The position numbers were made by a program, and so were the translations under genes. From a virus, in the IMG/VR virus record IMGVR_UViG_3300045988_061891: DNA of 64,000 bases; one strand, given 5' to 3'. How positions within the stretch are numbered: position 1 is the first letter of the stretch; the number at the start of each line of letters is the position of its first letter. The notes under the pieces were generated by a model, which did not search any database, was not told the origin of the DNA, and was given only the letters and a program-made list of their open reading frames with translations. Positions 1 to 9,500 of this stretch are shown one piece after another.

Positions 1-2
1 TT

Positions 3-887
3 GCACTTACTGAAAGACTTGCACAACTTGATTCTGACCCTCATGCTTTTGATGATGTCTACATTGGAAACCTCACTTTGGCAAGTGGTAATAAGGTTGA
101 ATTCAGGATAAGTAATGATATACCTATTAGAAAGTATGGGGTTGACAACTCTACAGTAGGTGCTCTTGAGATATTCGAGATGCCAGAGAAACAAGCTAAT
201 GGAGAGGACTTTAATTTAAGGTATATCATGGGTCATGACCCTGTTGATAATGACCAGGCTGAGTCCTCCTCACTCTCTTCAACCTTTGTACTTGACCTGT
301 TCACTGACAGAATTGTGGCAGAGTACACTGGCAGACAGGCATTTGCAGAAGATAACTATGAGATAGTGAGACTTCTTTGTCTGTTCTATAATGCAAAGTG
401 TATGTATGAATCAAATAAAAAGGGCATTTATGCCTACTTTAGTAGGATGCAATGTACACACCTATTAGCAGATACTCCTGAATATCTTAGAGACAAGCAG
501 ATGATTAAGTACTCTGCTTTTGGCTCAAATGCAAAGGGTATCAATGCAAGTGCAGCAATCAACAACTATGCCAATAATCTTATAAGAGACTGGTTACTTC
601 AGCCAGTTCCAACTGTAATAAAGGAGGGTGGAGAAGAGAAGGAGACCAACATACCAAGGCTCTATTCTTTAAGGAATAGGGCACTTATCGAGGAGTTAAT
701 CTCTTATACTCCCGAACTTAATGTGGATAGAATCAGAGCATTGGGTATGGTTATGCTATATAGACAGGAGAAGATTATTCTTTATAGAGACAATCTTAAT
801 GCTAAGTCACAAGAAGAAGCCAGCAGCTCATACTTAGGCAATGACTCCTTCTTTCAAAGGAACTATACACAAGGTAATATACAGTAA
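3..887 (+). CDS. terL: Terminase large subunit, C-terminal (nuclease) part; 5' end lies outside the window
   Basis: The frame is open from nt 3; the track start at 78 is an internal TTG. Acidic motifs GHDPVDNDQ and MYESNKKG fit the RNase-H-like nuclease half of large terminases. The gene sits immediately upstream of the portal gene, as in crAss-like phages. Confidence 0.7.
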   Translation, partial: ALTERLAQLDSDPHAFDDVYIGNLTLASGNKVEFRISNDIPIRKYGVDNSTVGALEIFEMPEKQANGEDFNLRYIMGHDPVDNDQAESSSLSSTFVLDLFTDRIVAEYTGRQAFAEDNYEIVRLLCLFYNAKCMYESNKKGIYAYFSRMQCTHLLADTPEYLRDKQMIKYSAFGSNAKGINASAAINNYANNLIRDWLLQPVPTVIKEGGEEKETNIPRLYSLRNRALIEELISYTPELNVDRIRALGMVMLYRQEKIILYRDNLNAKSQEEASSSYLGNDSFFQRNYTQGNIQ

Positions 888-955
888 ATTTAGCAAAATA
901 GAGTATCAAGACTTAATATTTTACTTATGAACTTGCACAAGTTAAATGTTTTATA

Positions 956-963
956 TATCTTTG
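956..963 (+). promoter_or_regulatory. Bacteroides-type -7 promoter box (TATCTTTG) for the portal operon
   Basis: ttaTATCTTTGta lies 24 nt upstream of ATG 988. It matches the TAnnTTTG consensus. Confidence 0.6.
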
Positions 964-987
964 TACCACATTTAAGTTGAAGAATAT

Positions 988-3390
988 ATGAGTGATTTCA
1001 CAAATTTACCCCCACAACAACTACCTTTCTCCAGGAAGAATAAGGCCTGGAGAAAGAAGCACCTCGACTGGGCTGACTCTAAGACATTTTTCAACTATTC
1101 TTTGGTAAGGAAAAGTGTGATACATAAGAAAATTAACTACGATTTGCTTAATGGTAAATTACACATGAGCGACCTTGCAATGATATTGAATCCTGATAAT
1201 ATAAAGGCAGGTTATGTACCTGAAAGGATTCAACATTACCCTATAATGAATAGTAAGCTGAATGTTCTTGGAGGAGAGGAGCTCAAGAGAGTATTTGACT
1301 ACAAGGTAGTTGTAACTAATCCTAATGCTATCTCCGAGATTGAGAACAACAAGAAGCAGGAACTTCTTACAAGAGTTCAGCAACTGCTGTCTGAAGAGAC
1401 TCAGACAGAGGAAGAGTTCAATGCAGAGCTGGAGAAACTTAATGACTTCTTTACATTTGAGTGGCAGGATATGAGAGAGGTTCGGGCTAATGCCCTCCTT
1501 AATCACTACTCCAAAGAGCTTAATTTCCCTATTCTCTTTAATAAGGGTTTTAATGATGCAATGGCAGTAGGTGAAGAGATTTACCAATGTGATATTGTAG
1601 GTGGAGAACCAATTATAGAGAGACTTAACCCTCTTAAGGTGAGAATTTTCAAGTCAGGTTACAGCAACAAGATTGAGGATGCTGATATGATTGTACTTGA
1701 GGATTACTGGAGTCCTGGAAAAATTATAGATACCTATTATGATGTCCTTACAAAGAAGGACATGGAATATATAGAGAAGATGCCTAACTATACAGACCAG
1801 GTTACTGACTCTATGGATAACATAGATGACAGAATGGGCTTTGTAAATGGGCATATGGTAGGAGAGGAATTTACCTCACAGGAAGGTTTCTTCTGGGACC
1901 CTATAGGGATGACAGATGGTGTGGGCACCTCGCTTCTTCCTTTTGATGTAGCAGGAAACATTAGGGTACTGAGAGTGTACTGGAAGTCAAGAAGAAGAAT
2001 TAAGAAGGTAAAGTCCTATGACCCACAAACAGGCGAGGAAGTATTCAACCTCTATCCTGAGACCTATGTCATAGATAAAGATAAAGGTGAAGAGGAAAAA
2101 ATACTTTACGTCAATGAGGCGTGGGAAGGAACTAAGATAGGAAATGATATTTATGTCAATATGAGACCAAGAGTTGTCCAATATAACAGACTATCTAACC
2201 CTTCAAGATGTCACTTCGGTATTATAGGTTCAATCTATAATCTCAATGATGACAAGCCTTTTTCTCTTGTTGACATGATGAAACCTTATAACTATCTCTA
2301 TGACACAATCCATGACAGGCTCAATAAGCTTATTTCAAGGAACTGGGGTATGCTTATTAATCTTGACCTTGCCAAGGTTCCTAAAGGATGGGAGATAGAC
2401 AAGTGGATGTACTTTGCCAAAACTAATGGTATTGTGGTTACAGACTCATTCAAGGAAGGTAACTTTGGTGCAGCTACAGGTAAACTTGCAGGTGCCCTCA
2501 ACAATGCAAGTTCAGGAGTTGTCAATGCTGAACTTGGCAATACCATACAACAATACACTAATCTTCTTGAGTTTATCAAGATGGAGATGTCCGATGTGTC
2601 AGGTATCTCAAAGCAGAGAGAGGGTCAGATAAGTAACAGAGAAACTGTTGGAGGTGTTGAAAGAGCCACACTACAATCCTCCTATATCACAGAATGGCTG
2701 TTTTTAACTCATGATGATGTCAAGAGGAGGGCTCTTGAGGCATTCCTTGAGACAGCAAAGATAGCTCTTAAGGGTAGAAGCAAGAAGTTTCAGTATATAC
2801 TTTCTGACAACTCAAGCAAAGTCATGATTATTGATGGGGATGAATTCTCTGAGAATGACTATGGTCTTGTAGTTGATAACAGTAATGGAACACAGGAACT
2901 TAAGCAGAAGCTAGATGGGCTTGCTCAGGCAGCATTGCAGAACCAGACCCTTACCTTCTCTACTATAATGAAACTTTACAATAGTTCTTCTCTTGCAGAG
3001 AAACAGAGAATGGTTGAGAAGAATGAGCAAGACTTGATTCAGAGACAACAGGAAGCTCAACAACAGCAGACACAGTTACAGCAACAGCAAATGCAAGCTG
3101 AAGCTCAAGCCAAGGAAGCTGACATGCAGCTTAAGGACCAGATGAACCAGAGAGATAATGAGACTAAAATTATTGTTGCTACAATATCTGCTCAGTCATC
3201 TAAGACTGATGATGGTATTCAGGAACCTGAGTTCTCTGAAGAAGCAAAGGCTAAACTTATGGAAAATATGAGACAATTTGATGCTAAAATGAAATTGGAA
3301 AGAGATAAATTGGCAGAGGAGAAGATTAAGAGGGAAGAGGAAATGAGTATTAAGAGACAAAGTTTACAACATAAAAATAAACAACAATGA
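988..3390 (+). CDS. Portal protein
   Basis: 800 aa, directly after terL. It has a long Q/E-rich helical C-terminal tail (QRQQEAQQQQTQLQQQQMQAEAQAKEA), as expected for a portal barrel. It is preceded by a TATCTTTG promoter box. The call rests on size and synteny. Confidence 0.75.
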   Translation: MSDFTNLPPQQLPFSRKNKAWRKKHLDWADSKTFFNYSLVRKSVIHKKINYDLLNGKLHMSDLAMILNPDNIKAGYVPERIQHYPIMNSKLNVLGGEELKRVFDYKVVVTNPNAISEIENNKKQELLTRVQQLLSEETQTEEEFNAELEKLNDFFTFEWQDMREVRANALLNHYSKELNFPILFNKGFNDAMAVGEEIYQCDIVGGEPIIERLNPLKVRIFKSGYSNKIEDADMIVLEDYWSPGKIIDTYYDVLTKKDMEYIEKMPNYTDQVTDSMDNIDDRMGFVNGHMVGEEFTSQEGFFWDPIGMTDGVGTSLLPFDVAGNIRVLRVYWKSRRRIKKVKSYDPQTGEEVFNLYPETYVIDKDKGEEEKILYVNEAWEGTKIGNDIYVNMRPRVVQYNRLSNPSRCHFGIIGSIYNLNDDKPFSLVDMMKPYNYLYDTIHDRLNKLISRNWGMLINLDLAKVPKGWEIDKWMYFAKTNGIVVTDSFKEGNFGAATGKLAGALNNASSGVVNAELGNTIQQYTNLLEFIKMEMSDVSGISKQREGQISNRETVGGVERATLQSSYITEWLFLTHDDVKRRALEAFLETAKIALKGRSKKFQYILSDNSSKVMIIDGDEFSENDYGLVVDNSNGTQELKQKLDGLAQAALQNQTLTFSTIMKLYNSSSLAEKQRMVEKNEQDLIQRQQEAQQQQTQLQQQQMQAEAQAKEADMQLKDQMNQRDNETKIIVATISAQSSKTDDGIQEPEFSEEAKAKLMENMRQFDAKMKLERDKLAEEKIKREEEMSIKRQSLQHKNKQQ

Positions 3391-4922
3391 TAAAATATTC
3401 AGGTATTTATGAATCTTCCACTCCCCCTCCAAGTACTAAAGCATTGTGGGTAGATGGAGGTGTTCTTAAGATTTATAAAAATGGAAGTTGGAGACCAGTA
3501 GACGACCCTAAGTCTAAGCTTAATATAGATTCTATTTTAAAAGCAAGTTCAACAAACCCAGTAGAAAACAGAGCTATACATAGTAGATTTATTGGCGTTG
3601 ACAAAAATATTGAAGTAAATAAAAACAATATAGGTGTTCTTACAGGTAGAGTAAACGAAGTTGATGGAATAGCTAAAGGTGCTGAAGCATTAGCTAAAGT
3701 TAATGAGAAACGTATTAACTCTGTTGAAGCATTGGCTAATGCCAATGAAGCCAAGTCTCAGGATAATGCGTCTAAAATCTATACTTTAAGTTATGGTTTA
3801 GCAAATGTCAAAAATACAGCTGATGGTAATAAACATGATATAGAGTCTCTTACAAATAGGACAATCAAACCTATAGAATCAAAAGTCTCACAGCTTCAAG
3901 AACTTAATGTAGTATATCCTAATAATATAAGAAATCTTACAACAGAATCTGATTACACAGAAGTCTATACGGCTTTTATTCCTAAAATTGGAGGTACTGA
4001 GGGTATAGCAAATACTCCCCATGTAGGCTATTTAATTAAAGGAAATAAAAATGGTGACGACCAGGATGACCCAGATTCTACTATCATAAGTGTAGAAATT
4101 GTTAAAATTGATGATAAAGACTGTCATAAGTTTATGTATATAGACAATAATAGAGATTTAGTAACTATGACAGTTTATTTAACTACAGGTACGGTTATTG
4201 AACGTTCTGTTGTATCTAATATTGATACTATAATTGATAAAATTAGTATATTCGATAAGAAGTTGAGTAGTGGCACACTTCGTGACCTGTACATCTCTGC
4301 GGGTGCGGTGTACAACGAGACGACAGGCTTCTACGAACTGAACGGGCTGACGGACATCACCGAGGAGGAAATGAGGGCGATATACAAATACGCTGGGACG
4401 CCACAAGCTAAAGCTGCATTCGCTTACTCTAAGGCAAGGACAAATCTTCCGATGCCAGGGATGTACAATGGCTCTTTATATGATGCGATGTTTTATGCAA
4501 GCAAAATCGAGGTAGTTAATCTTGGCTATCGACAGGCCAATCAGCCGAATCTTTTAGAGCCTTTTGTTGAACTTGAAGGTCAAAACGTATTTTATATGTG
4601 CAAAAATTTGCGGATAATCTACGGACGAATAGAGGAGTATTACACAATAAAAGATTGGGGTTTGACTTTTGGCGAATGTGGCAAATTGGAAGAAGTGCGA
4701 ATCTATAAATTAGGAACCAGCATTAAGTTTAGCTGGTCGCCCAATCTAAGCAAGGAATCAGTGCTATATATGATAACTAACGCCAACCCACCGAGCGGAG
4801 CGGCAGCAGGCAGCATAGCAATCACACTCCATCCCACCGCCTATGCCCGTCTGAAAGACGATGCGGACATAGTGGCGGCGTTGGAGGCAAAAGGGGGAAT
4901 TGTAGTATTAATATCAGCATAA
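3387..4922 (+). CDS. Tail fibre protein: N-terminal LW anchor module, coiled-coil shaft, compositionally foreign C-terminal domain
   Basis: The start overlaps the portal stop (ATGA). The N-terminal segment PPPSTKALWVDGGVLKIYKNGSWRPV is shared with the ORFs at 5324 and 14233. A heptad-like shaft is present (VNEVDGIAKGAEALAKVNEKRINSVEALANANEAK). The C-terminal ~215 aa are encoded by visibly G/C- and CpG-richer DNA. Confidence 0.6.
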   Translation: MIKYSGIYESSTPPPSTKALWVDGGVLKIYKNGSWRPVDDPKSKLNIDSILKASSTNPVENRAIHSRFIGVDKNIEVNKNNIGVLTGRVNEVDGIAKGAEALAKVNEKRINSVEALANANEAKSQDNASKIYTLSYGLANVKNTADGNKHDIESLTNRTIKPIESKVSQLQELNVVYPNNIRNLTTESDYTEVYTAFIPKIGGTEGIANTPHVGYLIKGNKNGDDQDDPDSTIISVEIVKIDDKDCHKFMYIDNNRDLVTMTVYLTTGTVIERSVVSNIDTIIDKISIFDKKLSSGTLRDLYISAGAVYNETTGFYELNGLTDITEEEMRAIYKYAGTPQAKAAFAYSKARTNLPMPGMYNGSLYDAMFYASKIEVVNLGYRQANQPNLLEPFVELEGQNVFYMCKNLRIIYGRIEEYYTIKDWGLTFGECGKLEEVRIYKLGTSIKFSWSPNLSKESVLYMITNANPPSGAAAGSIAITLHPTAYARLKDDADIVAALEAKGGIVVLISA

Positions 4923-4934
4923 AAAACAAGAATC

Positions 4935-5267
4935 ATGGTAACAAAACAGAACAACGAGATTTTCAGCACGGAAGAGAAGTACGTGCATATCATAGGTACA
5001 GACAACTATTTCAAACGTGGACTTGCTATTGGTCTGTCAGTAGAGCAGTGCGAGGAAGTGGAGACCATACCTAATATTATCAATGATACAGAGTATGGAA
5101 ACCAGGTTAATGAATTAATTAGAGCTAAGTACTCTCTAAGTGAAGAACTAAGTCTTTTAAGACAGAGGGACTCAAAACAGGAAGAGTATCAAAAATATAA
5201 TGCCTATTGTGAAGAATGTAAAAAAACTGTTAAAGATAAAATAAGCGAAGGAGAGCCCTCCAATTAG
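4935..5267 (+). CDS. Small fibre-adjacent protein (possible fibre chaperone/assembly factor)
   Basis: 110 aa, immediately downstream of the fibre gene. Its 5' half shares the G/C-richer composition of the fibre C-terminus. The function is inferred from position only. Confidence 0.35.
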   Translation: MVTKQNNEIFSTEEKYVHIIGTDNYFKRGLAIGLSVEQCEEVETIPNIINDTEYGNQVNELIRAKYSLSEELSLLRQRDSKQEEYQKYNAYCEECKKTVKDKISEGEPSN

Positions 5268-5323
5268 ATTATAGGAGGGTTCTAACTTAGTAGATTTAAA
5301 TGAACAAGTAAGTACTATAAGAA

Positions 5324-6376
5324 ATGAGAAGATTTAGAGCAATAGTACAGACTAATAAAGAGCCCGAAGATATTAATATACTATGGTATAGTAAGGGAGT
5401 ACTTAAATACTTTGATGCAGGAGAGTGGAAACCACTTAATGTAGTACATCCAGAGGATATTAGTATTACAATTGAGGCTCTACCTAATATAAAAAATCTG
5501 AAAGAGGCTCTTGATTATCTGTTTGAAAAGACTAATAACTATAGAATAGTAGGTACATATAAAGAATTAGAATCCTTAAAAAATGGAAAAATAAACAATG
5601 GTACACATTGCTATGTTACTGATATAAAGAGAAGTTATATATACTCTACAGAACTTAATGAGTGGGTATTAGAGGATGTACCTCAACAATTCTACTTATT
5701 TACAGACCATTCCATTGTTACTGATTTTAATTCTAAAACAGGCTATATAGAATTTAAAGACACTATTCATGCTGATACTGTTGCATATATAGCTTTTGGA
5801 GATGCAGCTACTGTATCTGACTTAAGCATATGTAGACTGGAAAAAGAAGGAGAAGATTGGTATTTAAAAGATACTAATAAGAATACTCCCAAGAAAGGGG
5901 ATTTTATCTATATAGTAGCTATTGACAGAGAAAGTAAGGAGGTACTTGTATTAGAAATAGATTTTGATGGGGAAGTGTCTCAGTCCAAGGTGCTGTGTTA
6001 TAATAACACTATAGACTCAATATTTAAGGACTCTTTAAACATAATAGAGGCTATTGTTGTCAACGCTGATAATATAAACACTCTCTTCACTTGGAAAAGA
6101 ATAATTGACAGTGACCAATTAGTACAAGACACCAAAATAGAGGAAAATAAGAACTATGCTCGGGAGCTTAATGAGAAAATAGATGCCAAAGTAATAGAGG
6201 CAGGGGGTGTAGCATTTGACTTAGAGCCTACTAAAGATAGTAAAAACGCAGTATTCAGTGGTGGTGTGCATAAATACATAGAAGATAAGTTCGTTGTATT
6301 AACTCCCGAGGAGTATGAAAGTTTAGTTATTAAAAACTCAAATACTTTTTATTTTATACTTGATGATACGAATTAA
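5324..6376 (+). CDS. Fibre protein 2 (shares the N-terminal LW module)
   Basis: The N-terminal segment PEDINILWYSKGVLKYFDAGEWKPL aligns with the 3387 ORF N-terminus. The C-terminal motif LEPTKDSKNAVFSGGVHKYIEDK resembles the PT..S.N.V.S..V motif common in phage fibres. Confidence 0.5.
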   Translation: MRRFRAIVQTNKEPEDINILWYSKGVLKYFDAGEWKPLNVVHPEDISITIEALPNIKNLKEALDYLFEKTNNYRIVGTYKELESLKNGKINNGTHCYVTDIKRSYIYSTELNEWVLEDVPQQFYLFTDHSIVTDFNSKTGYIEFKDTIHADTVAYIAFGDAATVSDLSICRLEKEGEDWYLKDTNKNTPKKGDFIYIVAIDRESKEVLVLEIDFDGEVSQSKVLCYNNTIDSIFKDSLNIIEAIVVNADNINTLFTWKRIIDSDQLVQDTKIEENKNYARELNEKIDAKVIEAGGVAFDLEPTKDSKNAVFSGGVHKYIEDKFVVLTPEEYESLVIKNSNTFYFILDDTN

Positions 6377-6539
6377 TTCCAAAATTATAGAAACTATATA
6401 TCAAGGCAAACTTCCTATACAAGAGATAAGAAAAGGAGCTCAATTAATATGGGAGGCTATCAAAGGATGCTTTGGTAATGGTTTCTGGAAGAATGGAAGA
6501 GGTTGGATAAACACTGAAGGGTGGAGAAATACTAAATAA
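6363..6539 (+). CDS. Small ORF (58 aa) with three GWxN hexads; hypothetical
   Basis: It is not in the track because it is shorter than 60 aa. The ATG at 6363 overlaps the end of the previous gene. The sequence MIRINSKIIETIYQGKLPIQEIRKGAQLIWEAIKGCFGNGFWKNGRGWINTEGWRNTK fills an otherwise empty 168-nt gap. Confidence 0.3.
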   Translation: MIRINSKIIETIYQGKLPIQEIRKGAQLIWEAIKGCFGNGFWKNGRGWINTEGWRNTK

Positions 6540-6544
6540 ATACT

Positions 6545-9500
6545 ATGGCGAATAAAGTTTATGATAAAGAAATAAATAAGCACTCTGACTGGGGTGGTGA
6601 TGCTAGTACAGAAAATCTGCCTGTCAGTGGGTCTAGGGTTCAAGAGTTTATAAAAAAGACTCTTGACGGTAAAATGGGGGTGTTCTATTATGACACAACC
6701 AATAATAGGTATCTTGTATTTGCTGATATTGAAAATAGGGATTTATATCTAGAGGACCCAACCAAGAATGAGTTGGTGCTAGGAACTTTTGATGCTCCAT
6801 TTAATTATGAGGCAGAGATAAATCTAATATCAGGCTCGTATAAAGCTGTTCAATTAGGTTCTACAGGAAATTATGTAGAATTCATCTTTGACACAAAGAA
6901 TAAACAAGGGGCTTCAGTAGGTGGTCTTGCTACTGTTACTTACACAATAATAAGAAACTCTACAAAGAAAGTTATTACTGAAACTCGTAATAGCAGAAGT
7001 ACTGTAAAATTCAATTTAGATAAGTACTTAGGTGAGGGTACAAATACTATTATCATAGGTATAACAGATAAAAACACCCTTGCAGCTACCACAGTTTCTG
7101 TCACATATCAAGTAGTTAATCTTACCATTAAAGATGAGCTCAATATATCAAAGGTTTATGACCTTTCTTCTGCCACTTCCCTTAATATGGAAGTACTATT
7201 TAATATTTCTGGATATGGTACGAAGACAGTAGAATGGTATATAGATGGTGAACAACTTGAGTTTGTTAAAGAGGAAGATGAAGTAGTAGATGTAGAGGCG
7301 TCTAGAACTAAGTATATCACTCTGTCTAATTTACAACAAGGTAGGCACTCATTACAACTTAGAGCACACTCTATAGTGAATGGTGAGAAGTTCTATACAA
7401 ATACCTTGTATAGGGATTTTATAGTATATACTGGTGCATCTACAGATACTATACTTGGTATTGCTATTGAGGTACCTTCAGAGCATGGTATAATAGGCCC
7501 CTCAGATAATGTATCAATATATAATATGGAGCAATATGTTCCATATAGTTTGAGGTTTGCTTCTTATTCTCCTACTAATGAACAAAACATAGAGGTAGGT
7601 ATCTATCTTAATGATGAGTTAAATGGAGCTATAACCTCGAGTAATGATACTGAAAATAACTATACGTTAGTATCTTCTAAGTCTGGAAATAAAGTGTTGA
7701 AGCTTGTGTCTGGGAAAGTAGAATATACAATCCCTGTTGTAGTGACTCCTACATCTATGAATATAAGTGACATCACTAATAATCTTGAACTGGATTTCAC
7801 AGCTGTAGGAAAAAGTAATTCTTCTCCCAATAGAGATATATGGTCCTATAACGGATATACAGGAACATTCTACGGTTTTAAGTGGAATGATGTTTCAGGT
7901 TGGGTTAATAATAGATTGTTAATGCCATCAGGAACTTCATTCTCTATAGATTATGCTCCGTTGGATAATAACCCTACAGGAACAGGAAAGACTATTGAAT
8001 TAGAGTTCTCTACATTAAATGTGAGAGAGGATGATGCTATTATATGTGACCTAAGGAATGCTAGTGGTACTGGATTACTTATAACTGCAACTAAAGTATC
8101 ATTGACTTCTGAGAATGGTGTTACTGTAGAAACTGAATTTAGGAGTGGTGAGAATGTAAGAATAGCGTTTGTTATAAATAAGAGTAGTGGTACTCTTAAT
8201 AAGTGTCTTTCTTTTATTTATACTAATGGTATTATATCTAGAGGAGAGGCATGGTCAGCTACTGATAAATATGATTCTCCTAAAACCATTAAATTCACTG
8301 CATCTGATAAAGTAGAAGTATCTCTTAAGGCTATAAGAATATATAACACTGCATTAACTTCTGACCAAATTCTCAATAACTATATTCTCTATAGAGATAG
8401 TATAGAAGAGATGACCTCTGTATATGAGAAGAATGATGTGTACACAGAAGGAACTACATCTTTTGACCCTAATAAGATGATGAGTAGAGTACCAGTGATG
8501 ATAGTAACTGGTGACATCCCAGTACTTGAAAATATCTCGGATAAGAATACTCAGATAATAGTAGATATAGACTACTACAACATGCAGGACCCTACTAGGA
8601 ACTTTAGTATGGTTAGTGCAGCTATGAGACCACAGGGTACATCTTCCATGGGTTATCCTAAAAAGAATTTTAGAATTTATACACAGAAGGTTGATGATAC
8701 AATATTATACGATTCTAATGGAAAGGTTGTTCAAGACAAACTATACTCTTTTAGGGAGGGTTCACAACCTGTTAATTGTTGGTGTCTTAAAGCTGATTAC
8801 GCAGAGTCTTCTGGTACTCATAATACTGGTATTGCTAAATTATGGAACAAAGCTCTATACAATGTTCAAATAGGCGGAGAATATGTATGTAGAACTAATG
8901 CTCAAAAAGCAGCTATTGTTGCAGATTATGAGTATGATGTAAGAACTGCTATTGATGGATTTCCTATACTTTTATTCTATAGAAAGACTAAGAATGATGA
9001 CCTTATATTTATAGGTAAGTATAACTTTAATAATGATAAATCCACAGAGAGTGTATTTGGTTTTAAAGGAATTCCTGGTTTTGATAATTCCAGAATGCAA
9101 TGCTGGGAGGTACTCAACAATGGTAATTCTTTAGCTCTATTTACTACCTCCGAGAACTTTGACACTAAATGGGAAGATGCTTTTGAAAGTAGATACCCTG
9201 ATACAAGCAATCCAGACATATCAGACTTAAAGACCTTTGCAGAGTGGATGAGCACTGTTTCTCAAGAAAACTTTGCTACAGAGAAATGGGAACATATGGA
9301 CATCTATAAACTGGCTGCATATTATGTATATATTCTAAGACATGCGGCAGTTGACCAAACTGTAAAGAACGCAATGTTTACTTCAGAAGATGGGTCCCAC
9401 TTCTACTATATTCACTATGATAATGATACTGTTCATGGTCTTATAAATACTGGTAGACTAAGAGTAAAACCAACAGATGACAGACAGTCTACTGATGATT

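Noticed and set aside
1159-1587. A 142-aa minus-strand ORF inside the portal gene, plus many similar antisense or alternate-frame track ORFs (for example 10678-11040, 20113-20559, 23765-24223, 34188-34586, 51321-51770, 52623-53027).
   Set aside because: All lie wholly inside long, well-supported genes. They have low-complexity, Leu/Ser/Ile-rich translations typical of shadow frames in AT-rich DNA, and they lack their own start context.
8691-8873. A 60-aa plus-strand alternate-frame ORF within the CotH-like region of the giant fibre gene.
   Set aside because: It is fully nested in another frame of a well-supported gene, and its translation is hydrophobic and low-complexity.
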